Below are positions 11,650 through 24,734 of a DNA stretch of 64,000 bases, piece after piece (the stretch's first letter is position 1; each line of letters opens with the position of its first letter). The notes beneath the pieces are model-generated. The model did not search any database. It was not told the DNA's origin and saw only the letters and a program-made list of their open reading frames with translations. The translations under genes and the position numbers were made by a program. The stretch is from Neodothiora populina. Lineage: Eukaryota. The stretch lies in contig NW_027191413.1 of the NCBI RefSeq assembly GCF_041146345.1, positions 1,798,001 to 1,862,000 of the forward strand, given 5' to 3'.

Positions 11650-13651
11650 TCATGCCCTCCCAACCTCACGTCTGAGCCTCGCCCCAGCACTCTCAGGCGG
11701 GGCCTCGGGCCAACTGTCCACGGCCTCCTCGACCTCATCGAGGAAGCTAGCGCTATTATGCACCGAAGTGCCGCCCAGCACCACTCTGACGCCCGGACTG
11801 CTGGCATTGACCTGCGCCACCATCTTGGCCTCCTCGTACGTCGTGCCGCCTATCATGAAAACAATGATGTCCTGCGGCTTGTCTCGCGTCGTGCCCCCGC
11901 CTTCGACGAACGGGTACTGCGTGTCGCGCAGGCGGCCCTTGATCAGGTCTTGCACGGTGGTTTCTAGGCGGGGCGAGTGCTGCGTGTAGACGTTTTCGAC
12001 GCCGCGTAGGCCGCGGTTGAAGCGGTCGCGGGCGCCGGAGAAGATGGAGGATGGTTGAAAGAGGTCGGGGATAGCGCCTGATTGCGGCAGAGACTGCAGC
12101 GAGTGGGCGTATGTGAGGAGTTTGGGGATGAGGTTTATGCGATGGCGCGAGAGGCCGCCGGCGACGGAGAGGAGGTCTGTCAGGGCCGGGGTCGAGTTGG
12201 CTGGATGTGATGCGTAGCGCAGAGCGTAGATTGCGACGAGCCGGAGTTTGCTGTCGGCTGGTGTTTTGGGGTCTTGGATCAGACGTTGGAGGTTCTTGAC
12301 GTCTGTCGAGTGGTTGTCGTTGCATGCCAGGCTTTGCTCTAGCTCGCTGACGTCGAGCAAGTTGTCCTCGCCCACTCTGCGACTCAGCTCTGTTACCAAG
12401 GTGACGTGCTTGGTCACGTTTCCGGACAGTCGACGGAACTCGGGATAGTCTTCGACGAAGCGCTTCATGTCTTCTATCGACTCGAGCTTGTGGCTGGATT
12501 GTTGTTTTGACGCGAATTGCTCGACGTAGTCCTTGGCGTTTTGTCCGAGGTCGCCGAAATTCAGGTACATGTTCTTCTTGAAGAACGGATCTTGGTCTTG
12601 ACTGACGAGGATTTCCTGGACAGATGTCAGTTCAGGGTGCAAGGTTATGGTAGATAGAGTTCATTACCTTGAATTCAGGCCGCACTTCAGGCACATTGCT
12701 CATGTCCACTCGTCCATTTTCTATTCCGAGCAATTCATGCACCATTGCCTGGTAGGTCCATTGTGTCAAGAGAGGGGTGACCGGATCGTCCCTCCTGTCT
12801 ACTATCAGTAGGATGGGAGGAGTGTCTGTTTTCCGGAAATCAAACAACTGCTCTTCCTGCGTCATCTGGTAGCGAACTTCGGTAGCGAGCTTCTTGGAGA
12901 GCAGGCTGTTTTTTTCATAGCGAATCAATGGGCGCTTCTTCAGTGACAATAGCAAGGCAATGACGCCCTCCGTGGACCTTTGCAGCGAGTCTTGGTTCCA
13001 CATGTCTGGAGAGGAGCTCCAGATGCGATGTGTCAGACTGAGTGACATTAGATCTGGATTGATGACAAGGAAGTCGGCAAAGTATTCCTGCACCGCCTTG
13101 ACAACTTCATGGTCATCGGCCTCGGCGAGACGCTCGAGCGCTGATTTCTTGATAATGTTGCTGAAGTCTAGCCTTGCATCAGTCAGAAGATCACCCTTGC
13201 CCATTCGGGGTTCCACTCTTACAGATATAGTACTCTCCGTACTTGGGCTCCCTGAATTCGTCGATGAGGAATTGGATGCTGTCGGGCGAGGGACGTACGA
13301 AGCATAGACAGCGCAAATGACGCATCTTCTCCCTGCTGTCTTTGTCCAGGCGACTGTGACAGCCACTGTCAGACTTTCTTTCTTACATGTGATCGTTAGA
13401 GGCGTCAGATCACTTACTCGGTAAGATAGACTTCATGGTTCAAAAGAGCGGACTGTGTAGTCGCCGAAGATACGATCGACACCTATCGAAGAAACATCAG
13501 CACTCGGTTGTATTGCGCAGTGGAGCCGACTTGCGGCGCAACTCACTGTCTCGTTGTCCAGAAGCAAGATCTTCATCCTGGAGCTTCCTTGACCGTCTCC
13601 GGCAGACACCATCTTTGTGACATAACCAGAGACGGCTTGGAAGACGTCCAT
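11650..13651 (-). CDS. VPS45: Sec1/Munc18-family protein Vps45 (multi-exon)
   Basis: MKILLLDNET, DRRDDPVTPLLTQWTYQAMVHELLGI, NVYTQHSP, and FMIGGTTYEEA. Confidence 0.96.
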
Positions 13652-14409
13652 CGCGGCGTTTCAGTTCCTGATACTCAGGCTTATTGGAGCGTCTGCGGCG
13701 GTGTCTGTGTTCAGCGCATCAGGTTGAGTGACAGTAAGTCCTGGTGTGTTCTTCTGGAACGTCTCTCTATCGTTGGAAGTCTACTCAGATACCGTCATTC
13801 AGGTTGTGTGGTTTTGTATCTTGGGATTGGCGCAAGGTATGCACGATACGGTATGTTGATTGTCGATAACACATGCAGCACAGTACAAGTACCCCAAGGT
13901 GGAGGAAGGTGCACGAGCTTCGGACGTCACACCGGACCGAACTCCCTCTTCTCGCGTCCTGATCTAAGCTACCTTACCTTACCGTACTATTCTATTTACC
14001 TTACTGTACTGCCTTACTGTCCGTTTCACAAGCACAATGTCCCGGCCGCTGCCCGCTGATGGAGCTGACGATTCCACCATCGAGTCCACTACCGTATCGA
14101 GAATACTTTGGTACCACATTGTGAAAGCAGCGGCAGAAGAACAAAAATCACCCTCACCAAATAGAGGGGGAAATACATAATAAAGGGGTGTGATGCCGTC
14201 GATTCCTTGGCTACCTCAACAACGATATACAACGAGATGAAGAAGGAAGAACTGAATTTAGGAGGCTGTGGAAGTTTGGATCGTGGGGTTGGTTCTTTTC
14301 CCGCTTCCCTCCGTCTTGCCCTTCCATCTACTACAGTATATATAATATGTATATATGCAAAAGAAGAAGGTTTAATGTGGAAAGCCTGCTGTCGCCTGCA
14401 TGCTTTCCT

Positions 14410-16404
14410 CTAACGCGAAAAGACCTTGACGACCCCATCGCCTCCGGCACTGACCACGTATCTTCCGTCCTGACTCCAGACAACACTACATACGCCCTCG
14501 CCGCGCATGGGGCGATGCGACGAGATGTCCTGCGTGCAGATGCGCTTGTCAAGCGACCAGAAGCGGATCGAGGCGTCGTGGCCGGCCGAAACGGCTTCGC
14601 GGCCGTCTTTGGACAGAGATAGTGAGGAGATGGCCGAAGGGTGCGCGAGCATCGTGTATGTGCATTGGCCTTCATGTTTCTGTGTCAGTAATAGCGAGAC
14701 AATAGAGATGTGGGAAGGCTAGGGGAACAAAATGACTTACCGCTGTTTGCATCGAAGAATCGGATGTACCTGTCCTCGTGTCCACTGATGATGACGCCCT
14801 CAACGCCTCTGGCAGACCCGGTCGGACCGGCGCCGACTTCCTCGTTCTCCGCCATGTCCTGCCAGCTCTGGTTCTGCTCGAGACCAAACGACGCGTTGCT
14901 CGTGGCGACTACGGCATTGATGCTGGTGTTGAGCGTGCCGTCGTACGTCTCGTTACTCGCCATGCCTATAATCTCTTCACCTGTCCGAGTGTCGAAGATC
15001 AGGACGCTGGAGTCCGTGTAAGACACCACAAAGGTCTCGCCGGTGGGGCTGAGGGGCGCAATGCAGGTTGGCGATGCGCCCACAGCGCCTGATCGGGAGA
15101 TGCTATGTACGAGGGTGTAGTGGAGTGGTATAGTCGATGCCACGTTGGGCTGCGGCGAGTTGGGATGATTGCTGCCTGATGTTACTGAATGGCGACGGCT
15201 GCCACCCACACCCCGTCGCGATCCTGTCGCGGGAGAGGCCAATTGCGGCGGAGCGCTGATGGCCCAGATTTTAATGGTACCATCTGCGGAACCGGAGGCC
15301 AGGAGAATTCGCTCAGGGCCGCCATAGTTCGAGGAGTCTTGGCCGAAGACGGACCCAGTGGTGCCCGGTAACAGACACACGGCCCATACAGCATCGGTAT
15401 GCCCATCCAGAGTAGCCTTGGGGTCGACTCTGCCTCGTTCCCAGACGCGGATGGTAGCGTCCTGGCCTCCAGAGAAGATCCAGCCGTCACCGGACGCGCG
15501 GCCACCCGTGGCAAAGCTTGTAGTGGAAGGACATGAGGCCAGGGATGTAACGACGCCATCATGACCACGGTGGGTGAAATAACAGGCAATGTCTAGGTCG
15601 CTTGCGGAGTTGTGTTGGAAATTGGTGTAGCTGGCGGGAATGATCCAGCGTTTGATTGTGCCATCGTCGCCGGCTGTACAAACTTCGGGTTCCGAGGGAC
15701 TGCCTCCTCCAGTGAAAATAACAGAGCGTACGACATCTAGATGACCGCGCAATGCGAATTTGACTTTGAAAGCAGAAGGGTCAGGTTTAGCTTGCAATTC
15801 CATGCCGCTGTCGTGGGTGTCGTGCGAGGCAGAGCCGGAGCTTCGCCGACTGCGGGTGCTGCCCGAAGAGGAAGACTTGCGACGATGCGTAGCGCCTAAT
15901 CTCGGGGGTGATTTTGGAGGCAGCGTTACAGCGCTAGGGAAGACGTCTGTGTCAGGTCTCCGCGGAGGGTGCTGGGGTTCAGTGGGAGGCGCAGGTTGCG
16001 CCGGAAGCGGCTGGTCGTCGAAGTTCCATCCATCAGGATCCTCTTTCGGGGCAGGTCTCGAATCAGCAGAGTCATCCTTGGTGGGTCTCCCGTAGGCATC
16101 GTATGCCTGTGTAGAATGCTCTGAAGACTGATCGAAAGCCGACCTCGCTGATGAAGTATTCGGGACGGTTTGCTGGAGCTGCTGCTGCTGTTGCTGCAGC
16201 TGAGAATGTTGCTGCTGTTGCTGTTGCTGGGGAGGTAGGGGCAACGTTTGTGCAGGGGGTTGAGAAGCAAGCGAGTGTTGGTACGCCAAGTCTGATCTCT
16301 GGTCTGGATGGTATGACTGCTGCATCGAAGGGGCAGAAGTGGCGAGGACGGCGTCGGGCATGTGTGAGAGAGACATGTGCTGCTGGTGATTCGCCATGGC
16401 TGAG

Positions 16405-16445
<41 letters not shown>

Positions 16446-17305
16446 ATGTTGCATGTGTGATGCATTAGGATGACCTCTCTGGCGCTGACGCATGTACAAT
16501 TCGTCCAAGGACATGGGAGGGTCGGGCAGAGCGGTATAGGCAGGGTTGTTCAGAGGAATCTGCGGAGGAGGCAGGGGCGGAGGATTCGAAGGAGGAGTGA
16601 GCAGGTATTGGATCTCCTGCATGCACTTCTCCAGATATCTTCGAGACTTGTCGCGGTACTTTTCCTTGTCTTCTGGGGCCTCGACGGGCAGTTCTTCTCC
16701 CTCCAAGGTGTCCAGGAACGAATTATGCGGTCGCATACGGGCTACACATTCGAGTCAGCATATTTCATCGCAGAGCATGCAAGCAAAGGAGTGCAAACAG
16801 GGCTGCACACGCTTGTTCTGGTCCATACCACTTCTGACAGCGTCGTAGTCCTTGTCGTTGTCTTTCTGACTGTTGCTGTTGTTGCTGTTCGTCTTGTCGG
16901 TCTTGACAGATGCTGCGTCCTTGGGTGCTTGCGCGTCATTCGCAGCTTGGCCTCTGTTCTTTGCCCGTTCGGTCTTGACAACCATTTCGAGCATGCGAAT
17001 CTGCCTCTCCAGCTGCTCATTGATTCGTTTCGAGTGTCTGCTCTCGCCCTCGAGTTTTGCAATTTTGGCCTTCATCTCTGCACGCTCAATGTCCCAAGCA
17101 TTCCTGGCGCGTTCGTGGTTATGCCATTCGATCTGGAGGAAGCGCATGACACCTGGACGTGGTCAGGAACGGCTCTTTCTCTCTCTGCATGGATCATCTG
17201 TGTATGCGCACCTTGGAGTGTGTACTCGGCGCCTTGAGGGCCATGATGGTCCGGCGCACCGCCAGCACCACCCCCCGAGTTCATGCCTCCCTGCTGGAAT
17301 GCCAT
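14410..17305 (-). CDS. Striatin (STRIPAK scaffold, PRO11/HAM-3/Far8 type), 4 exons
   Basis: [32 protein letters not shown] striatin N-terminus, coiled coil, Q/P-rich linker, and C-terminal WD40 repeats ([29 protein letters not shown]). Confidence 0.95.
16407..16446 (-). repeat. CAG trinucleotide microsatellite encoding polyglutamine in striatin (second Q-rich tract at about 16178-16229)
   Basis: (CTG)n run on the plus strand, translated as [15 protein letters not shown]. Confidence 0.95.
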
Positions 17306-17740
17306 CGACTCCTGCAACCGAGGACGCTCTCCTCTCTACCACTTCCCAGGCTCTTTTTCAGCACTCGCGTCTTATCTCATCTGCAGACCAGCCTTGCCGA
17401 GGTCGAGCGATCGACTTGTTTTGTCCTGTCTGTTTCCAAAGACTTGGCCTGGGCGAGCGAGTTGGCGGTTGCACAGAGCTTGAGGGGCGGTTCAGGTCAA
17501 TGCGCATGTGGCGAAGGAGCTGGACCTGTATCTTGTTGTGTCGTGGAGGTGAACGACAGAGGTCAGCAGGGCGTGGGTGTGGTGAGCAAGTAATGTAATG
17601 GTGTTGTGCACATTTGTGGAGGTGAACGCGGCGACACACAGCGACGTCGCTCGGGAGAGGGAGACGAGAGCTTAGGAGAGATGCCAAGCCCCTCCCCGAT
17701 GCTCCTAGCAGCGCATCTTTTATCTATGTGGAACACCCAG

Positions 17741-17780
17741 AAGGTCCTCAAAGGTTCCTAAAGGTCCCTAAAGGTCTCAC
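17741..17780. repeat. Four imperfect 10-bp tandem units (AAGGTCCTCA/AAGGTTCCTA/AAGGTCCCTA/AAGGTCTCAC)
   Basis: Read directly from the sequence, between the PHO88 stop and the striatin start. Confidence 0.8.
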
Positions 17781-18003
17781 GGCATGAAAGCACTGCCACA
17801 GCTTAATCTTGTCTGCACTTCATCTGTCTATTTTCTTCGCACATGTGTGCTGCAGTGCTCCTGTACGATTTATTCACTTTCGCACTGTCTGAGCGGTTTT
17901 CCTCACCGAGTGTGTATTACAAGGTATAAAGACAAGCGCTGACCAACATTTTCTCCTTAACCCATCTGCCGGTGCTCGTGATGATTGATTTCTTCTGCCC
18001 GTT

Positions 18004-18773
18004 CTACTCCTCCTTGGCACCACCGCGGCCAGCTCTCTCGGCGGCCTCGATGCTCTTCTTGTCGGTCTTGATCTCACTGCCGCCGGCCATGGCTCCCATC
18101 AGACCGCCGGCTGCCTTCCATGGTCTCTTGAGCTCTCCGACGGCGGGTTGGCCGAGGAGGTGAATCTTGATGAGGTTGCCCTCGAAGGCACCCTTGAGCG
18201 GGATAATAGACTGGATGAGGAGGGGGTTGGTGTACTTGAAATACAAGTGCATCACGCCCATCATGCCAACACCCATGAGCTGCGACTTGAACAGTCCACG
18301 GAGCTGCTGCATGTCGTAGGCGTGCACAGTGGTGGTCACGGCCTTGGGCTCCTCGGTAGAGCCCATGGGGGCAGGCTCAACGTACTTGAGGACCGTCATG
18401 TCTATGACTGAATCAGCCTCCCGCACCAACGAAACCGTACCGAGGTCTCGGATCTGTTCTTACCCTTCTTCTTGTTGATCTGCATCTGGCAGTATGTGTA
18501 GACACCAGCGATGATCAAGTTGGAAACGATGTACAGTCCGCGCACACCGTTAAGCACATTCTCGTCCTCGAAGGGAATCTTCTTGGACACCTGCATCATA
18601 AACCTATCATGCTGTCAATTCGCTGCCTCGCCGCTTCCTGCCATTATGCGCTTGTTGCCTACAGGATGATGATCAGGTTGGTACTGCGACAGAATTAGAA
18701 CAGGTTCGAGCTTTGGTCGCCAATAGTGTTGCGCTTCCTCGCTGTTGACTTACATCTGAGGAGAGAGACCCAT
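18004..18773 (-). CDS. PHO88: Pho88/Snd3 ER membrane protein (20- and 21-nt first exons)
   Basis: MGLSPQI|TNLIIIL|FMMQVSKKIPFED...LKYVEP...MHLYFKYTNPLLIQSIIPLK...LKRPWK. Confidence 0.93.
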
Positions 18774-19910
18774 CTTGACGGCTTGCCTCGTGCTGTTCGT
18801 TGTGACTTGAAAGAAGCAGTGAACCGGTCTGGTGCGAACAATGTGTGATTGAGGGTTTGTAGACCGGACACTTGTCAACGTAGGCCGAAGGAAAGTCGCT
18901 TGCACGTTATCGCTTGGCCTCGAGCTTCGGCTCCTCCCGCGTCCAGCAATTGCCCTTCTACACACTTCCACCAATCTTACTCCGCTGTAGCTTATCCTAA
19001 TCGAATACTAATATTATGTCTTGGACATGTGTTTTGTAGTCACTCCACCATCATATCAGATCAAAATACAAAACCGATATATTCTACACGGCGAGGGATA
19101 TGGCCAATATGATACGCATCGAGCCTACTCACGTTATTAATGTCTTAGTGTGGCTTACAGTACGGTATTTTCGTGAGTCCTGATAGCCTTGAGCCCAGGC
19201 AGCGGCCAGGGTCGCCCTCGGATTTGCATATGCGTTGATTATGGGCCTGTCACAGTCAGCTCTTACTGTCCCTACCTGTGAAGTAAGAAGGATCCACAGT
19301 GCAAGTGGCAGACGACACTACCGCTTCCTCTGCACGATGCGGGTAGATCTCTGCTTGTACATATAAACCACAGAAGCATAAGGTCTCTTGCCTTTGCCTG
19401 CCTTACACAGGTACCGCACCGTGGCTTGGCGACAACCCCGCCGGCTTCGTCCCACAGTCCCTTGCGATCTGCAGTTTACATTATGCATAACAGCTCGAGA
19501 CTCCGCGGTGTGTTGCTTGCAATGCTATAACAGGTATGGTGCTGGCTGCAGGAACGCTGCCGACGACGTTGCACCGGGTCGAGCTTGCCATGACACCCAA
19601 CCCGTCATCATTCATCACCTGTTTCCCCCTTGCCCCTCTCTTTCTTTGCCAGTCGCACCCTGAACTGTGCAGCGGAAAGCAGGGCGTTGTGCCGTTCGGT
19701 CGGCCGAGCTGAGGCTTTGGTAGTGCCTGCTTTAAACATGACTGCATCATGATCATACAGTAAGCTCTCGAATGTCTCGCCCTTTGATTGAGTCGACCTT
19801 ACACAAATCGTAGTAGACGCTGTAATGCAACAAATGCCAATGCTTCGACTCAATACCACCTTGACACAATACTTGATTTCCTACTTTTGTCACAAACACT
19901 GAACGCAGTC

Positions 19911-21420
19911 ATGCCTTCGATAGCCACGGACGAGCTGCGTGATACTTCACCGGCACCACGTCCATCTCTTCCGAATCACAGGCTCGCAACCTCGTCATCT
20001 TATAGTTCCCATCCAGACGGCCAACCTGATGCCCCTCTGTTTCGAGGACGACTCCAGACAAAGTCCGGCGCTGATTCGAAGGCGTCACCGCTAGAAGCCC
20101 CTCCACTGCCTCGACGACGCTCATCTATTCTTTCATTCACGAGCCTCGACGAGACACGCTACTCGGCTCGTGACTACATACGACCAGGCCTCGGTCTGGA
20201 TGGAGATGATCCCGCACTACACGAAGAAGCATCCAATTGGCATTCGTCTCCAATAGCATTTGCATTTCTCCCCGCCGTCGCTGGTCTGTTCTTCACCAAT
20301 GGTAGCGCATTCGTTACAGATATCCTACTTCTCGCTCTTGCTGCACTATTCCTGAATTGGAGCGTGAGGATCCCATGGTATATTCATCGACTGCTAGACC
20401 ATCGTGATTCTTTGACTGACTTCTCACAGGGACTGGTATCACTCAGCTCAATTGTCTGTCAGGATCCCACCTCGACTCTGCTCTGATACTATTGATGAAG
20501 AGGAAAGCGAGAGCGATGGACAACCGAATGGCAAGCCTGCTTCGCTCGGCGACAGTAGTACCACACTCCCGCAGCAGGGCCGCACTGGGACGCTATCGGA
20601 TCAACCTGACGAGGTGGCAGATGCTGTATCACGCTTGCGGTATCACGAGGTCCTAGCGTTGGCTCTGACATTCGTCATGCCCATTTGCGCTGCCTACCTC
20701 TTGCATCTCATACGCTGTCAGCTCTCGCGTCCCTCGGAAGGTCTCGTATCTCATTACAACCTCACAATTTTCCTCCTTGCTGCTGAAATCAGGCCGATGA
20801 GACAACTCATCCGTCTGATCACTAACCGCACTCTTCATCTTCAACGCATTGCTAACGGTCCTCACGACCCACCTGCGATCGGAGCTGGACTTGGAAGATC
20901 TATAGAGGATATCGCTGAGCGTTTAACAGTGTTGGAAAGAGGTGCCAAGAATGAGGGCGATCACGCAATCGTGTCTACTAGCATTCAAAAAGATATGACT
21001 GCCCTATCTGCCGATATCAGACGGCGATACGAACCTCGTCTTGAAGCGTTGGAACGTGCTGTCCGCCGTTACGAGAAGCGAGCGACGACCTTGACACTAT
21101 TGACGGAGCAGCGACTACAGTCCCTTGAGGCGAGGCTGCATGATGCCCTCAGCCTTGCTGCAGTTGCTGCACAGTCGACGAACAAGCCAGGCATTGTCAT
21201 CGCTGTCCTGTCTGCAGCGAGTCGTCTGCTGATGCTGCCGCTGGAGGTCGTCTGGCTTTTTCTGAGTTGGCCCCTGCATACTCTGGAAAGTCTTCTTGCG
21301 GGGGCAAGCGATTTTATATACGGCCGACCCAAGAAGCGTACTCGAAAGAACGATTCGGTACAACTAAAGTCCAAGTCGGATCGGAAACGGGATGAGGCGT
21401 ACTTTGGGAGACAGCGGTGA
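19911..21420 (+). CDS. Fungal membrane protein of unknown function with a coiled coil (2 exons)
   Basis: Two long ORFs joined at ...VRIPW|DWY by a GT..AG intron. Several hydrophobic helices and the coiled-coil-like LEALERAVRRYEKR segment. Confidence 0.8.
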
Positions 21421-22011
21421 TGCAGGAGAAATTGCTATAACACGTACACGGTCTGGTCTTTGTAACTTTACCGAGCATTCTGATCGATTGGCTGGGCTTC
21501 TGACTTTATGACTTATGATATCATGGTGGAATGGAGTAGCCTAAGATCAGGCTGCGACATCCACACACAAAACAAGTTATCCATTAATACTGAGATTGTA
21601 CAGTGCTCCGCCCCTCAATGGCTTAAAAAATGCGATCGTCCAACGATGTGAAAAGACCGCACCTTGTCTGTGATATCGACGTTGCCTCGAAAGCTGTTGA
21701 AAGCATTGTCACGCTACGCGGCACTATACGCATTTCTATGGTCCTCGTCGCTCACTGATGTGAAGCCATGCAGCATTCCAGGGCCCAACCCTTGCTGATC
21801 GTGCTCTCCAGCTACGCGCAAGGACACGCTATGTCTACCACCTTTTGTTGATATGTCTGGATTCCTTGTTTCCAGTGTTCAAATCGAGAGAAAGGCCCCT
21901 TCAGAGAATCAAGAGCCATTTCTCTTCGTTGCGAAATCGACGCACAATTGCCTTTCGATCTGGGTTTCCTGAAGCACTTTCTGACTTGACTTGCTGGCCA
22001 GTCTACTCAAA

Positions 22012-24454
22012 ATGTGCACGTTCAACAGTGCTCTCATCGCAGTAGTGACGCTCGCCTGTGTTCACACAGTCCATGCCTTCTTCCGAATCAACTGCTATGT
22101 TGTTCAAACAGGGCGTATTGATCCTATCATCAACCCGGGGGCTATATCTGCACATGCTCATACTATAGTGGGCGCATCGAGTGGGTGAGAATTCCACAAC
22201 GATGGCTATTGTCGTACTAATGATCGTGACAGACATTGGCGTCAATTCTACTTACGAGTCCTTGTACAACTCTGAATGTACTTCGTGCGAAATAGGCAAA
22301 GACAAATCGTCTTATTGGACACCTAACCTTTACTACGAATACGCCAATGGATCTTTCTTCGAAGTGCCTCACGATGGTAGTGTAGTCTACTATACAACAC
22401 GTGGACCGAATGAGAACGACCTCACTGTATTTCCGCAAGGCTTTCGCATGGTCTCGGGGAACAAGTCGAACAGGTCGTATAACCAGTCTGGCATGGTGAG
22501 TACTTCCCAGCGTGGTTGTGCTATTTGACAGCAGAAGCAACACCGATAAGTGCCTAGTGAGTGCACTTACAGGAGGTCTTGATACTGACACTTTCAACAG
22601 ACTTGGGGCAACGCCACCTTCCCTAGTCGACCCGTATCGGAGGCTGTGAGCTTTGCCTGCCTCAGCCAGAATATTGGCCCTGACACTTACAACCTGGTCG
22701 ACGTTCGATCATGCATCAATGGTCTACGCGCTCAAATACATTTCCAAACTTGCTGGAACGGCAAGGATCTCTATAAAGCGGACAACAGCCATGTCGCGCA
22801 CACGAATCAGATTGATGATGGTGTCTGCCACCCCAGCTACCCATATCAGCTGCCTCACGTCTTCCTGGAGACCAATTATGCAGTTGTGAATGTGCCCGGC
22901 AACGACGACGGTGGCCGCTACGTCTTCTCACAGGGCGACCCAACAGGCTATGGTTTTCATGGGGACTTTTTCAATGCATGGGAAACGGATACATTCACTC
23001 GAGCCATCGAGACATGCTTGCTATATAATGGCGCTCCCTTTGGAACAATAGACGAATGCCCTGTCCTGATCGAGTCAGACACCAGAGTCGCGGCAGCCAA
23101 CTGCCCTGTTCGACCATCTCAGATTGATGAGCCAGTGCACGGTCTGATATCGAAACTCCCTGGCTGTATCACAGTCACTGAAGGCCCGAACCCAGCGACC
23201 GCGGCTGATATGGAGTGTGCTGCAGGAGTCCCACAGCCAGCTATCTTCCGTACTGTCAATTCCACCCCATTACCAACTTACACACCCTCCATCGGCCAGC
23301 CGATCGGGAACCCCTACAATGTGAACCTGGGTTGTGGAAACGACAGCTACGGCTCACCAATGCGCGCGGTTGCCGCTCGCGTGACCGACAACCAAACATC
23401 GATGAGCGTAGAGTACTGTCAAGACCACTGCAACACGCGCGGGTACCGCGTCTCCGCCGTGCAGTTTGGATCTCAATGCTGGTGCGACCTGACGGTGAAC
23501 CCATCGACGATCTTCACGTCCAACTTCTCCACCCGCGACGGCTGCATCAACACCTGTCCCGGCAATCGCAGCGAACTCTGCGGCGGACCAAACTACGTCA
23601 ACGTCTACAACAACACCGACCCAGCCTTCGTGCCCACGACGGACCTGACCTATTCCGTCATCGCATTGACCGTGCCCCCGGCTCCCTACATAGACACCTA
23701 CATCGGCTGCGCCTCGGAAGCAACGATCGGTGGCCAACGCGCGCTGAACGGCTCAGAGTACCACCTAGACAACATGACGATCGCCTACTGCCGCTCGAGA
23801 TGCCAAGCAGACAACTACGCGTATTACGGCCTCGAGTACACGACGCAATGCTTCTGCGGCAACGGGCTCGCGTCCGGCGCCCGACTCGTCGACACCCTGC
23901 TTTCGCCTCTGACCGGCAGCTCGTGCAACAGTCGCTGCGCAGGCGACTTCTCGCAGGTCTGTGGCCAGGGCGGGTATTTGAGTCTGTACTCGAATCCGCT
24001 GTGGCAGCCGACCGTCGTCACGCGGAATGTCGGCCGCTATCTCAATAAAGGGTGTGTGCTGGAGCCCGCGAAGGTGGGGACTGGTGCGCGCGCGCTCGCT
24101 GGAGGCAGTCTGACGACGACGCCGGATATGTCGCCCCAGGTGTGCGTGGGGACTTGCTTGAGGGGCGGATATCGTTATGCTGGGTGAGTTTCCCTCTTCT
24201 CTTGACCCTTCCTTGACCTTCCCTTCACTTCGCCCTTGTAATCGAAAAAAAGCAGGACGACCTTGACGTTCGTGACTGACGCGAGACAAACAAGCATCGA
24301 AAACGGCAACCAATGTTTCTGCGCCGACACCCTGTCCGCAGGAGCCAACTCCACAGCGTGTGATACTGATGTTTTGCGTCACTGTCCTGGGGATCAGACT
24401 GCGTTTTGCGGTGCGGCGAATTTGCTGAATCTTTATTATTCCGCTACGCTGTGA
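22012..24454 (+). CDS. Secreted DUF1996 plus three WSC carbohydrate-binding domains (4 exons)
   Basis: Signal peptide, GRIDPIINPG..SAHAH, DKSSYWTP, CWNGKD and GYGFHGDFFNAW (DUF1996), then three C..C....Y...G.(E/Q)...QC.C...C...C.G....CG WSC repeats. Confidence 0.9.
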
Positions 24455-24734
24455 GGTCAAGATGAGGTGCGAGCTACGGTAGGGTTGCGTTGACGAGGAG
24501 GGTTTTGAGTTTGCATGCGAGGTTGTGTTGTTTTCATCGACCAAGGAACCCGGGCATAAAGAGGATTGCTGGGCAAAGGGTTGCTCTAATTGGGTTGCTA
24601 GGGATGAGAGAATGAAATATTTCTGGGATTGGTGGTGGGTGATCCACTTAGGAAGAATTTTGATGTTATACATAACGATTACAATGTCTGCTCCGGACGT
24701 CTCGTGTCTTTCGAGACACGGTACATGCCAGTCA

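Noticed and set aside
24184..24294. Apparent stop or frameshift in the third WSC domain
   Set aside because: Resolved by an intron with a GTGAGT donor, CTGAC branch site and AAG acceptor, restoring YAG|IENGNQC.
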